Source: an uncultured Acidobacteriota bacterium (lineage in GTDB: Bacteria > Acidobacteriota > Vicinamibacteria > Vicinamibacterales > UBA2999). Taken from it: 64,000 bases of DNA. The translations under genes and the position numbers were made by a program. Shown here one piece after another: positions 1 to 9,591 of this stretch. Below the pieces are notes generated by a model. The model saw only the letters and a program-made list of their open reading frames with translations, was not told the DNA's origin and made no database searches. The first letter of the stretch is position 1. Each line of letters begins with the position of its first letter. The DNA is taken from the NCBI GenBank assembly GCA_963773045.1, contig CAVYZT010000015.1, forward strand, positions 8,444-72,443, given 5' to 3'.

Positions 1-446
1 GTCCGACGTTTGTTTTTCCGACGGCGTCGGAACGAGAGCTCAGCCGGGACACCTGGCAAATCGGTCCCGACGTCGGAGCGACACTGCTCGGCAAGAACTT
101 CATCGCGTACGGCTTCGTGCAGCAATGGTTCAAGGCCGGCGGCGACGGTCGCGAGACCAGCCAGATGAACGGTGTCTTCAACTTCACGTACACACTCGCA
201 AACGGTGTGACGATCGGGACCCAGCCAAACCTGTCGGTCGACTGGAAGGCGCGTGACGATGAGCGAGTGGCGTTCTCGATCGGTCCGCAGATAGGAAAGC
301 TCTGCAGATGCGGCGGTACGCCCACGTTGTTCCAAGTGCAGTTTGAGTACTACCCGGTTCGTCCAAGCGTCGTGGGCCCGCAGTGGAATATTCAGCTGCA
401 AGTGACGCCGACGATTCCCGCTCTCATCAAGAGAACCCTCTTCTGA
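1..446 (+). CDS. C-terminal part of an outer-membrane beta-barrel protein (5' end lies outside the window)
   Basis: The frame is open from nt 3 with no stop. It has an alternating beta-strand-like pattern and ends ...IKRTLF with a terminal Phe, typical of OM barrels. Confidence 0.5.
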   Translation, partial: PTFVFPTASERELSRDTWQIGPDVGATLLGKNFIAYGFVQQWFKAGGDGRETSQMNGVFNFTYTLANGVTIGTQPNLSVDWKARDDERVAFSIGPQIGKLCRCGGTPTLFQVQFEYYPVRPSVVGPQWNIQLQVTPTIPALIKRTLF

Positions 447-486
447 CCATTGCCGTCATCCGGTGCAGCTTCGAAGGAGGAGACGC

Positions 487-696
487 ATGTCACGCGCGGG
501 AGTTGGAATGGTCATCGAGAAGCTGCTCACCGATGAAAACCTGCGCATCCGATTTGCGCGCGATCGCATCGACACGATGGCCGAGCTGTGCTCGAGGGGA
601 TTCGCGCTCACACGCGACGAGCTCGACCTTATTTACCGGGCGGATGCTCGTCTCTGGTTCTTAGGCGATCAGGTCAGGCGCGACTGCCAGCAGTGA
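487..696 (+). CDS. Small (69 aa) helical hypothetical protein; N-terminus IEKLLTDENLRIRF resembles small NHLP-clan / Franean1_4349-type proteins
   Basis: ATG at 487 is preceded by GGAGGAG. It is the internal Met of track ORF 463..696. The family resemblance is from memory only. Confidence 0.45.
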   Translation: MSRAGVGMVIEKLLTDENLRIRFARDRIDTMAELCSRGFALTRDELDLIYRADARLWFLGDQVRRDCQQ

Positions 697-1170
697 GGCT
701 GCCGTGCGTCGTATGGTCCCACCGGGGTGGGGCCGACACGAGCGAGACAAAACCACAAGTCGATTCGGGCGATACGTGCCCCGAAATCCTTCAAAAGTGC
801 GCCGGGTGCAAAGCCCGGTCCGCAGCGGCTGTGCCGCATCCTGAGTTTGTCGATGTGGCTCGCGTGCGATGACGTGCGAGTAAATGCCGACGCGCTGAAT
901 GACAGCACCATCGCGCCGGTTGTCGGAAAACGCACGTACTGTGTGTCACCACACACCGCACCCGACGGCACGAGGACACCCGGCCGCTCGGGCGCACAAC
1001 CAAACTTGCGTGATTTCCGCCGGATGCGTCGCGAAAGTGCTTACCGAAAGCATTGAATCGGTCTGTGCCACGCGCGGGCATCACCTTTGCCTTTGCCTTG
1101 ACGAGCGCAGCGCGTATTGCGCGGCCGTCAACGAAAGCAATTGTGGCCGACTGGCCGAATTGAGAACGAT

Positions 1171-2436
1171 ATGCACGACTTTCAGACACGTGTCTTCAGG
1201 CTTGCCGCGACGGCGATGATTCTGTTGCTCGCTTCGCCGCTGATGGCGCAGGCGCCCTCTGGACAACCGTCGACGCGCGCAACCGTGCTCGACCAGGCTC
1301 GGGAGGCACTGGCCAGCCAGTCAGTCCCGCCGGAGCGTTCGGCAATCGAGCGCGGACTGTATTGGTACGACAGCCAGAACGTGCTCAACAAAATATTTGG
1401 TGGATGGAAGGGAATCCGTCTCGGGGGAGGTGATTTCCCCGCCGGGGCCGGCATGAAGTTCGGGGTCGCCTTCGATAAACCGCTGACGAAGGCCGATCCC
1501 GATCCCACTACGCCAAACAAGGTCGCTTTCGCCGCCCGTGGCGCATACAGCACACGAGGATACGCGCGCGTGAGCGCCGGCATCGACACGCTCAACCTGG
1601 GAGGCCGATCGCTCGACGTCCATGCGTTCGGCCAGTATTACGAGTTCCCCCAGGAAGACTACTTCGGCGTTGGGATGGACAGCCTCGAGTCCAACCGCAC
1701 CAACTACCTCATTGATGCCATCGAAACCGGTGGGGCCGTGCACTGGCGACCTTACAAGCTGGATCTCGGAGGTGGCGCCTCCTATTTGAGTCCGCGTGTA
1801 GGGAAGGGCACCGATAGCCGATTCGCCTCTACCGAGGAAGTCTTCAGCCAGGAAACCACCCCGGGTCTCGGAACAGCGACAGACTTCATCAAGATCCAGG
1901 CATCCGCCGCCTTCGACTGGCGAGACAACCCCTCGTATCCCCACGGTGGCGGCAGATACGAAGTGGCCGCGGCGAAGTTCGACGACCACGACCTCGGCCA
2001 GTTCGATTTCTACCGGGTCGACGTGCGCCTGCAGCACTACATCCCGCTGGCCAGCCGCTATCGCGTGCTCGCCTTCCGCGCCATCGGCGCGTTCACGGAC
2101 GCTGACGGCGGCCAGTCCGTGCCCTTCTATCTTCAGCCGACGCTCGGAGGGCACCGGGATCTGCGCGGGTTCCGCGAGTCGCGCTTTCGAGACGAGAACA
2201 CGCTGCTGCTCGGCGCCGAGTACCGGTGGCAAGCGTGGTGGGCACTTGATGGAGCTCTGTTCGTCGACGCGGGCACGGTCGCGCCTGCTCGGCGGGACTT
2301 GTCGCTCAGCAACATGGAGGTGTCCTACGGCGTCGGTTTCCGCTTCCACAGTAACAGTGCGCTGACCGGTCGCCTCGATCTGGCCTTCAGCCGCGAAGGG
2401 TTCATCCCGCTCCTGAGGTTCGAACATGTCTTCTAG
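1171..2436 (+). CDS. Omp85/BamA-TamA family outer-membrane protein (bacterial surface antigen domain)
   Basis: Signal peptide MHDFQTRVFRLAATAMILLLASPLMAQA. The C-terminal region LGGHRDLRGFRESRF...GAEYRW...FVDAG...GVGFRF ends in ...RFEHVF. Confidence 0.65.
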   Translation: MHDFQTRVFRLAATAMILLLASPLMAQAPSGQPSTRATVLDQAREALASQSVPPERSAIERGLYWYDSQNVLNKIFGGWKGIRLGGGDFPAGAGMKFGVAFDKPLTKADPDPTTPNKVAFAARGAYSTRGYARVSAGIDTLNLGGRSLDVHAFGQYYEFPQEDYFGVGMDSLESNRTNYLIDAIETGGAVHWRPYKLDLGGGASYLSPRVGKGTDSRFASTEEVFSQETTPGLGTATDFIKIQASAAFDWRDNPSYPHGGGRYEVAAAKFDDHDLGQFDFYRVDVRLQHYIPLASRYRVLAFRAIGAFTDADGGQSVPFYLQPTLGGHRDLRGFRESRFRDENTLLLGAEYRWQAWWALDGALFVDAGTVAPARRDLSLSNMEVSYGVGFRFHSNSALTGRLDLAFSREGFIPLLRFEHVF

Positions 2437-4159
2437 ATCCGTCGCATCAATCGCGCTGGCCGTGGCACTGGCCACTCTCGTCGGACTTTCCGCACAGACC
2501 TTGCCTGAACGATCGAGCGGCCGGTCGCGCTTCTACCCTGACGACCCGTTATGGCGCGACGACGACATGCGTTCGATTGCCAAGCCGGCGGAACACGATC
2601 TCTCCAAGAGCCACGAGTTCGTTGCCAACACCTTTGGCGAGACTGCGCGCTCATTCGGGCCCACGCTCAACGTGAACACGCTCGGGGAAGTGCCGGACTC
2701 CAGCTGGTTCACCAATCGTATCGGGCAGTACGACATGACAGTGGACGACGTGCTCCGTGGCCCGAATCACGGTGACGGTCCGGCGTCGGGCCAATGGCTC
2801 GTCACCGGCCGCCCAGAGTCCGGCATCACGCCCAAGTTCACCATTCGAGATGCGCGCGGCGACACCTACCTGATCAAGCTCGATCCTGCCTCGAATCCTG
2901 AGCTGCCGTCCTCGGTCGAGCTGATCTCGACCAAGGTGTTCCACGCGATCGGCTACCACGTTCCTCAGGACTTTGTTGTCAACTTCAGTCCCGATCAACT
3001 CGTCGTCGCGCCAGGCGCACGGATCCGCAACGCGGCTGGGGAGCGTGTTCCCATCCAACAGAAGGACATTCATGGCTGGCTGAGAAATGTTCCCAAGCGG
3101 GCAGACGGGTCGATACGAGCACTAGCCAGTCTCTGGGTGCCCGGCAAGGTTGTCGGTCAGTTCACGTTCAACGGTCGTCGCTCGGATGATCCCAACGACG
3201 TCTTTCCGCACGAGCGCCGCCGAGAACTGCGCGGCCTGCGCGTATTTGCCGCCTGGCTGAATCACGACGATGCGCGTTCGATCAACAGCATCGACACCTA
3301 TGTCGAAGAGAACGGACGTCGCTACATCCGTCACTACCTGCAGGACTTCGGATCGAATCTGGGCAGCGGCAGCACTTCGGCACAACAGCCGCGCGGCGGC
3401 TATGAGTACCTCGTCGAGCCCGGCAAGATTGCAAAGGGCTTGATTGGCTTCGGTCTGTACCGACGGAACTGGATGTCCATCAAGTGGCCTGACGATACCT
3501 CGCTTGGCAACATCGAAGCGGACGTGTTCGATCCGGCTACGTGGAAGACGGAGTACCCGAATCCTGCGTTCAAGCAGATGGACGCGGCGGACGCGTTCTG
3601 GGCCGCAAACATCGTGTCGCGGTTCACGGACCCCATCATTCGAGGAGTCGTGGAAGAAGCGCGACTGACGAATCCAGACGCGGCGCGCTATCTCGCTGAG
3701 ATCATCATCAAACGTCGCGATAAGAGTGTCCGCTGGGGCATCACCAGAACGAACCCTGTCGACCGATTCGAAATCCGCAATGGCGGGGCGCCCGAGCTGA
3801 GGTTTGACAACGCCGCGGTGCGTCTCCATATCGTGCAACAGGAGCCGAAGTATCACGTCGAGTGGGCGCCCTTCGACAACAACACGGGCGTTGCCGGCGT
3901 GATTCGGGCAACTCTCAACACCGCTCAAACACACGCCGCCATCCCCGTCGACGCTTGGGGACCGGCCGATGCAGCCGGGTTCCGTTACGCGGTGGCCACC
4001 ATTTCCACGATCGAGCAAGCCTTCCCGCACTGGACCAAGCCAGTGGTGGTTACCATTCGTGATCGCAACGGCCTGCTCGATGTAGTCGGTATCGAGCGTC
4101 CGACGGAACTGCCAGATCCCGCGGCAACGGGAGCGTCGAGATCGGAGGCAGTGCGATGA
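2426..4159 (+). CDS. Secreted hypothetical protein with protein-kinase-like catalytic motifs
   Basis: 577-aa ORF with a signal peptide. It contains YLIKLD, then WLNHDDARSIN (HxDxxxxN-like, nt 3261-3272 region), then LQDFGSNLG (DFG-like, nt 3344-3352). Its start overlaps the stop of the preceding gene. Confidence 0.75.
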   Translation: MSSRSVASIALAVALATLVGLSAQTLPERSSGRSRFYPDDPLWRDDDMRSIAKPAEHDLSKSHEFVANTFGETARSFGPTLNVNTLGEVPDSSWFTNRIGQYDMTVDDVLRGPNHGDGPASGQWLVTGRPESGITPKFTIRDARGDTYLIKLDPASNPELPSSVELISTKVFHAIGYHVPQDFVVNFSPDQLVVAPGARIRNAAGERVPIQQKDIHGWLRNVPKRADGSIRALASLWVPGKVVGQFTFNGRRSDDPNDVFPHERRRELRGLRVFAAWLNHDDARSINSIDTYVEENGRRYIRHYLQDFGSNLGSGSTSAQQPRGGYEYLVEPGKIAKGLIGFGLYRRNWMSIKWPDDTSLGNIEADVFDPATWKTEYPNPAFKQMDAADAFWAANIVSRFTDPIIRGVVEEARLTNPDAARYLAEIIIKRRDKSVRWGITRTNPVDRFEIRNGGAPELRFDNAAVRLHIVQQEPKYHVEWAPFDNNTGVAGVIRATLNTAQTHAAIPVDAWGPADAAGFRYAVATISTIEQAFPHWTKPVVVTIRDRNGLLDVVGIERPTELPDPAATGASRSEAVR

Positions 4160-5544
4160 GCGCTTCAGCAAGCGGCCGCCGGCATCAGGTCGTGATCGTC
4201 GGTGGCGGATTCGGTGGGCTCGCTGCGGCCAAGGGGTTGCGGCGTGCCGACGTCGCTGTCACCGTCATTGATCGGAGAAACCACCACCTGATTCAGCCGC
4301 TGCTCTGTCAGCTCGCGACCGGGATTCTGTCCGAGGGCGACATTGCGTCCCCAATCCGCGACGTTCTCCGTCACCAGCGGAATACGCGCGTCGTTCTTGG
4401 CGAAGTAACCGGTATCGATCTGAAGACCCGACGCGTCACTGTCGACACACTTGGGCAGCGTAATCAGATCACGTACGACAGTTTGATCGTCGCGTCGGGC
4501 GCGACCCAGTCGTACTTCGGGCACCCGGAGTTCGCGCACCACGCGCCAGGGATGAAGACGGTCGATCACGCACTCGAGCTCCGCGGCCGGATTTTCGGCG
4601 CGTTCGAGATGGCCGAACGTGAGACGGATCCTGCGGCCAGACGGCGCTGGCTCACGTTTGTTGTCATCGGAGCGGGCCCGACGGGGGTGGAGCTCGCGGG
4701 CCAGCTCGCCGACCTGTCACACCGAGCGTTGCGCGGAAACTTCCGTCACATCGATCCGGCCGAAGCGCGGGTCGTCCTGCTCGGCGCCGCGCCGACAATC
4801 CTGCCTCCGTTTCCCGAGGCACTTCGAGAGCGCGCTGCCCGAGATCTGCGAGACATCGGAGTTGAGGTTCATGTGGGCACGCGGGTCATCGGAGTCGACG
4901 AGCACGGCCTTGATACGAACTCGACCGAGCCACAGGCGCGGCGGATTGATGCAGCGACGAAGATCTGGGCTGCGGGTGTAGAAGCGTCGCCGCTCGGCCG
5001 CATCCTCGCCCAAGCGTCTGGAGTCGAGCTCGATCCGGCCGGTCGGGTGAAGGTCCAAACCGACTGCACGCTTGCCGGGTGGCCCGAGGTCTTCGTGGTT
5101 GGCGACCTCATGAGCCTCGATAAGGTGCCGGGGGTGACACAGGGCGCGATTCAGTCCGGCAGCCACGTGGCGCAAACGATCATTCGTCGTCTCGCGGGTG
5201 ACTGGACCCGCCAGCCCTTCCGCTATCGCGACCTCGGCACGATCGTGACCACCTCGCGGTTGCGGGCGGTCGCGGTCGTCGGGCCGCTACGCATGTCGGC
5301 TCTGCCCGCATGGGTGCTTTGGCTCCTCGTCAGGCTCATGGCGCTGACTGGCTTCAGGAACCGCGTGTCCGTCATGTTCAACTGGACGGTCGCATTCCTC
5401 GGGCGAGGACGCGCGCAGCGAGTGATCACGGCGCAGCAGGTCTTCGCGCGACAGGCGCTCGAAGTGCGCGCGCGTGACGCGGCGAATGAGCCGGCGTTAT
5501 CAACGGCCGCTCACGCAGAAGCGGTCACGCCCGTTGAGGCTTGA
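4156..5544 (+). CDS. ndh: Type II NADH dehydrogenase (NDH-2), FAD/NAD(P)-binding oxidoreductase
   Basis: Two dinucleotide folds (VVIVGGGFGGLAAA and FVVIGAGPTGVELAG). Length 462 aa. ATGA start/stop overlap with the upstream gene. Confidence 0.85.
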   Translation: MSASASGRRHQVVIVGGGFGGLAAAKGLRRADVAVTVIDRRNHHLIQPLLCQLATGILSEGDIASPIRDVLRHQRNTRVVLGEVTGIDLKTRRVTVDTLGQRNQITYDSLIVASGATQSYFGHPEFAHHAPGMKTVDHALELRGRIFGAFEMAERETDPAARRRWLTFVVIGAGPTGVELAGQLADLSHRALRGNFRHIDPAEARVVLLGAAPTILPPFPEALRERAARDLRDIGVEVHVGTRVIGVDEHGLDTNSTEPQARRIDAATKIWAAGVEASPLGRILAQASGVELDPAGRVKVQTDCTLAGWPEVFVVGDLMSLDKVPGVTQGAIQSGSHVAQTIIRRLAGDWTRQPFRYRDLGTIVTTSRLRAVAVVGPLRMSALPAWVLWLLVRLMALTGFRNRVSVMFNWTVAFLGRGRAQRVITAQQVFARQALEVRARDAANEPALSTAAHAEAVTPVEA

Positions 5545-5592
5545 TCCCGTCAGGACGCTGGCTCACGACTAGTTGCTCAATCTGCTCCGAGA

Positions 5593-5623
5593 GTGCTGTC
5601 AAGTGCTTCTCACTTGGCAGCAC
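5593..5623. terminator. 13-bp stem hairpin between convergent genes (possible bidirectional terminator)
   Basis: GTGCTGTCAAGTG-cttct-CACTTGGCAGCAC with one G-T position. It lies between the ndh stop (5544) and the kinase stop (5752). The downstream T-run is weak. Confidence 0.4.
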
Positions 5624-5751
5624 GTCTCGCGTGTCTTTGAGCTGACCCACCGTCGACAGCGCTCATCGTATCCGCGACACGTGTGCTGTCGAGCTTCTGC
5701 TTTCCGGCGCATCTGTGGAAGACTCGCAGCGATTCTTGGAAACACGCAGCA

Positions 5752-8376
5752 TTACTTGGGCGTCGCCCAGTCGACGATGATCTGCAAACTGTTTTCGGGC
5801 GGCGAGACCAGCCGGTTGATCAAGAACCGCTTCCCGTCGGCACTCACGTCATATTCGAACGTGGCAAAGTTGCCGCGATCGGGGTGGGCGATCAACTGGG
5901 TCTCGAACAAGGGCGCGGGCGTCCCGATCGTCGGCGGGGAACCTGGAGTGAAGGCCGCGGCCATCAGCCGGCCGTCTGGTGCGAGGAAGAAGAGCTCTCG
6001 ACCATCGGCTCGCCATCGCGGGTAGCCCCCGCCCCCTGCGGAGACAGGATATGCCGCGCTCGATCCCGGGAACGCGCGGACTTCCACTTGGAATCTGCCG
6101 GAGCGATCGCTGGCCAGCGCCAACCATCGACCGTCAGGAGAGATGCGCGCCTCGGTGATCTGCGATCCATCTCGCAGGAACAGCTCCGGCTGCCCCGCCG
6201 CAGCCTTCGACCACACGGCCACCGCGCCTTCGATCCACGCGATTCGCCCATCTCGCCCCCAACCGATTGGCTTGACCATGGTCGGGTTCTCTCGGAGCGT
6301 CTGAACCTCACCGTTGTTCACCGAGACGGTCGCGAGATCGAACGTGCCGATGCCGCGTCCTTGGAAAACCGTCAGCAGGCGCGATCCGTCCGGCGACCAC
6401 ATCGGGTGTCGGTAAAGACCGCGGGTCACGCGAGAGGGTATCGGGCGCGCCAGGTTCATCGTCCAGACGTCCGTTGGACGGTAGGTGGCAACCTGCTGCC
6501 CATCAGGCGACAGTTCGACGCCGAGCTGGCTGGCGGCGTCGCCGACCGTCTCGAGCACGCGGCCATCGCGGCTCATCCATGTCAACTGACCGACGCCATC
6601 GCTCGGGCCGAGCGCGGCAATCACGCCGGTCGAGGCCGTGGCCATGACGACGCGACCCAGGGTTTCGGACACGCGTACCCGGCCAATCTCGAGTGGATCG
6701 CCGGTCAGGCGCCCTTCCGGAAGGCTCATGCGCTGCGCGAGCAATGGATAGACACCGCCCACCGTGCGCCCTGGAAACAGCAGGAAGCCCTTGACGTACT
6801 CTCCCGATCCCACGCCGAGGTGGAAGGCAATGGCGCGATTGGGGTCGTCGATGTTCACGAGGCGGATGCCGCTTTTCTCCGGTGTCCGATTGACGGAGAA
6901 ATAGAGCAATTGGCGCCCAGGCAGGCGTTGAGGAAACCGGTGACTCGTTTCGTCCGCGGCGAGCGTCGTCAAAGCGGTCGACGCTCCTCCTGCGGCATTC
7001 ACTCGCATCAAGGGCGTGGACGTTCCCGGCGCAAACACGATCGTGTCATCGTCCAGCCACAGACCGCCTCGGCCAGGGGTCGCGTCGCCGATCACGACAG
7101 CATTGCCGCCGCCGGCTGCCACGCGCTTCAGCTTGCCGTCGGCGAAGAATCCTATCGCCCGCCCGTCGGGAGACCAGAATGGGTACGACGCGCCAGTCGT
7201 GCCTGGCAACTCGGTCGCAGCGGATGCCGCGAGCGGCCGCAGCCACATGCTGCCGACGCCGCCAGCATCCGGCACCGCGATGAACACCAGCTGACGACCG
7301 TCGGGCGACACCGCCGGCACGCTGATGAAGTGCGTGCCCGGTGGCGGCGCCATCTGCAGTCGCACTTCCTGACGCGGCGTCTCGCTGTTCGGCCTGAAGA
7401 GCCAGGCGCTGACCGCGAGTAGCGCAATCGCTGCTAGGGCCGCCGCAGTCAACACCACTTGCTTCGAGAATGATGAGCGGGCGCGAGCCGTGTGGGCTTG
7501 CGGCTTGCCGGTCTGCTCGCCGCGCAACGTTCGCTCGACATCTTCGATCTCGAGCCGGGCATCGCCGATGTCATGCAGCCGCGCCTTGATGTCGGTCTGG
7601 AGACAGCGTTGTACGAGCCGAGTGACGGCGGGCGGCGTGGTGGAGGGCAGCGCACTCCAATCCGGCGTGCTCTGCAGGACCGCCGCCATCACATCGGATG
7701 ACGTCGATCCGGAAAACGCGCGCTGGCTGGTGAGCATCTCGAACAGGATGGCGCCGAATGCCCACACGTCCGTTCGCCGGGTGATCTCAGCGCCGCGAAT
7801 CTGCTCGGGGCTCATGTAGGCCGGTGTGCCGAGGATGACTCCGTGCGCCGTGGCGGTCAGTGTCACGGCGTCATCGGATGAGCGCGACTCGCCGTCAGCG
7901 AGCATCTTGGCGATGCCGAAATCCAACACCTTGACTGTGCCGTCGGGGCGAAGCTTGACGTTCGCCGGTTTCAGATCGCGGTGAACGACGCCGCGCTCGT
8001 GCGCGGTCTCGAGTGCGTCGGCGATTTGCCGGGCAATGCGCAGCGTTTCCGCAAGCGGCAGCCGTAACCCTGCCAGCCGATCGGCCAGCGTCGGTCCTTC
8101 GACGAGCTCGAGGACCAGAGCTGGTCCGGAGGCGGTCTCGGTGACGCCGTGGATGGTCGCGATGTTGGGATGGGTGAGGGAGGCAAGGATGCGAGCTTCG
8201 CGATCGAAACGGGCGAGCCGTTCGCGATCGTTGGCGTGATGCTCCTGCAGCACCTTGAGCGCAACGTCGCGGCCGAGGGAAGTGTCGTGGGCGCGATAGA
8301 CCTCGCCCATGCCGCCCGCCCCGAGCGAGCTGAGGACTTCGTATGGGCCGAGACGGGTACCGGCCGTGAGGCTCAT
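5752..8376 (-). CDS. Ser/Thr protein kinase with one TM segment and a C-terminal TolB-like (PD40/WD40-like) beta-propeller
   Basis: Motifs GAGGMGEVY, VALK, HRDLKPANV, DFGIAK and GTPAYMSPE, followed by repeated SPDG motifs. 874 aa, uninterrupted. Confidence 0.9.
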   Translation of the reverse strand: MSLTAGTRLGPYEVLSSLGAGGMGEVYRAHDTSLGRDVALKVLQEHHANDRERLARFDREARILASLTHPNIATIHGVTETASGPALVLELVEGPTLADRLAGLRLPLAETLRIARQIADALETAHERGVVHRDLKPANVKLRPDGTVKVLDFGIAKMLADGESRSSDDAVTLTATAHGVILGTPAYMSPEQIRGAEITRRTDVWAFGAILFEMLTSQRAFSGSTSSDVMAAVLQSTPDWSALPSTTPPAVTRLVQRCLQTDIKARLHDIGDARLEIEDVERTLRGEQTGKPQAHTARARSSFSKQVVLTAAALAAIALLAVSAWLFRPNSETPRQEVRLQMAPPPGTHFISVPAVSPDGRQLVFIAVPDAGGVGSMWLRPLAASAATELPGTTGASYPFWSPDGRAIGFFADGKLKRVAAGGGNAVVIGDATPGRGGLWLDDDTIVFAPGTSTPLMRVNAAGGASTALTTLAADETSHRFPQRLPGRQLLYFSVNRTPEKSGIRLVNIDDPNRAIAFHLGVGSGEYVKGFLLFPGRTVGGVYPLLAQRMSLPEGRLTGDPLEIGRVRVSETLGRVVMATASTGVIAALGPSDGVGQLTWMSRDGRVLETVGDAASQLGVELSPDGQQVATYRPTDVWTMNLARPIPSRVTRGLYRHPMWSPDGSRLLTVFQGRGIGTFDLATVSVNNGEVQTLRENPTMVKPIGWGRDGRIAWIEGAVAVWSKAAAGQPELFLRDGSQITEARISPDGRWLALASDRSGRFQVEVRAFPGSSAAYPVSAGGGGYPRWRADGRELFFLAPDGRLMAAAFTPGSPPTIGTPAPLFETQLIAHPDRGNFATFEYDVSADGKRFLINRLVSPPENSLQIIVDWATPK

Positions 8377-8525
8377 GCGAAGTCCTCATCGCGAGTCGAG
8401 GGACCTTCGCCGAGCTGCGCGGTGACCAAGGAGGGGCCGACACGAGTGCCGGAGGCAAAGGCCACGATGACTGGCGTGAGTATACGTGGACGGGCGAGAC
8501 CCTGGCACCGGGCTCGCTCGAGGGG

Positions 8526-8948
8526 CTACCTCCGGCGACGTCTGGCGAGCGTCCAGTTTTCGAGTGCCAGACCGCTGACCCGCTCGAACTCGGCCGTGTT
8601 GTTCGTCACCAGCCTGAGGCCCAACGACCGAGCATGCGCCGCGATGAACAAGTCGTTGGCTCCTATCAGGGCGCCGCGCTTCTTCAGATCTGCGCGAATC
8701 TCAGCGTAGTGGATCGCCGCGCCGTCCTTGAAGTCGAGGGCTTCGACGTAGGGCAGGAAGGCGGCCAGCGCGGCGGCGTCCTGGTTCCGACGGGGTGACA
8801 CCTCGACCCCGTACAACAGCTCGGCCTTGCTCACGACCGACATGCAGACGTCCGTAACCGGCAGCGCCTGCAGGCGCTTCAGCACCAGCGGGTGCGAGCG
8901 CTTCATGATGTAGGAGCACGTGTCCGTGTCCAGCATGAAGCGGGGCAT
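8526..8948 (-). CDS. vapC: Type II toxin VapC (PIN-domain ribonuclease)
   Basis: MPRFMLDTDTCSYIMK... has PIN acidic residues. 140 aa. It overlaps the antitoxin stop by 1 nt (TAATG). Confidence 0.85.
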   Translation of the reverse strand: MPRFMLDTDTCSYIMKRSHPLVLKRLQALPVTDVCMSVVSKAELLYGVEVSPRRNQDAAALAAFLPYVEALDFKDGAAIHYAEIRADLKKRGALIGANDLFIAAHARSLGLRLVTNNTAEFERVSGLALENWTLARRRRR

Positions 8949-9175
8949 TAGCCCTCGCGTTCCTGCACGGGCAGGTCTCCGACGTCGTTCATGAAGGCGT
9001 CTGACGCCACCGGGGCTGTCTCGAGGTACCCATGCCAGTCGCGAGGCCGCGGCGAGAGGATGACGTCTTCACCCTCCTTCCGGATGTAGACCTCGGGGGT
9101 GGAGAACTGATACTCCTTGGGCAGCCGCACGGCCTGGCTGCGGTTGGTCATGAAGACCTTGGCGGTACGGGACAT
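8948..9175 (-). CDS. vapB: Type II antitoxin VapB (AbrB/SpoVT-type)
   Basis: MSRTAKVFMTNRSQAVRLPKEYQF... ATG at 9175 follows an AGAGG RBS. It lies immediately upstream of vapC. Confidence 0.8.
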   Translation of the reverse strand: MSRTAKVFMTNRSQAVRLPKEYQFSTPEVYIRKEGEDVILSPRPRDWHGYLETAPVASDAFMNDVGDLPVQEREG

Positions 9176-9346
9176 GGGCACACCTCTGAGGATCATTATG
9201 CCATATACGAATGTATACGGCGCCCGCGTGCTCAATACGTGTCTCCATCTCGGTTTTCATGCGTTTCTAGCGGCTTGAGCCAATTTGGTTCTCCTCTAAG
9301 TCATTTGTTTGCAACATTAGGAAAGAGTTCGAATCCGAGAAACACG

Positions 9347-9520
9347 ATGCGCACGACGTCTGCTGCGGGGACGACCACTGAGAGCATCCCGCGCGACGCC
9401 TCTAGTCTAGGGCCGGCGGTTCACCCGGGAGAGATCCTCCTCGAGGAGTTCCTGAAGCCGCTCGAGATGACGCAGGCAGCGGCGCAGCGAGCTGAGCGCT
9501 ACAGCATTCGCGTAAACGAC
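9347..9520 (+). pseudogene. higA: Remnant of a HigA-type (XRE HTH) antitoxin gene
   Basis: VHPGEILLEEFLKPLEMTQ matches the conserved HigA N-terminus, but the HTH that should follow is degenerate. There is no higB partner and no proper stop before the convergent esterase gene. Confidence 0.35.
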
Positions 9521-9591
9521 CCGTTAAGAACATTCGATACGCTGTTTCGAACTGACGAAGGAACCCGAGCACGGGAAAGAGAATCCCGTTC

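Noticed and set aside
5561-5569. GCTCACGAC, a half-site of the 58801 palindrome, found downstream of ndh.
   Set aside because: It is a single 9-mer half-site without the symmetric partner. A chance occurrence in 128 kb of two-strand sequence is plausible.
5683-7422. Long ORFs antisense to, or out of frame with, well-supported genes: 1321..2475, 3122..4171, 5683..7422, 9802..11127, 12399..13898, 15485..16450, 22357..23130, 30540..31712, 33054..33899, 35104..36081, 47014..48009, 48727..50655, 56079..57302, 56449..57771 and 62918..63967.
   Set aside because: These are typical shadow ORFs of high-G+C DNA. Their translations are Arg/Pro/Ala/Gly-rich with no motifs. Each overlaps a gene with clear family signatures on the other strand or in another frame.
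9327-9336. GTTCGAATCC, a tRNA T-loop-like decamer. A similar ATTCAAATCC occurs in every array unit.
   Set aside because: The flanking bases cannot form a T-stem, and no acceptor, D or anticodon arms can be drawn. It is not a tRNA or a tRNA fragment.
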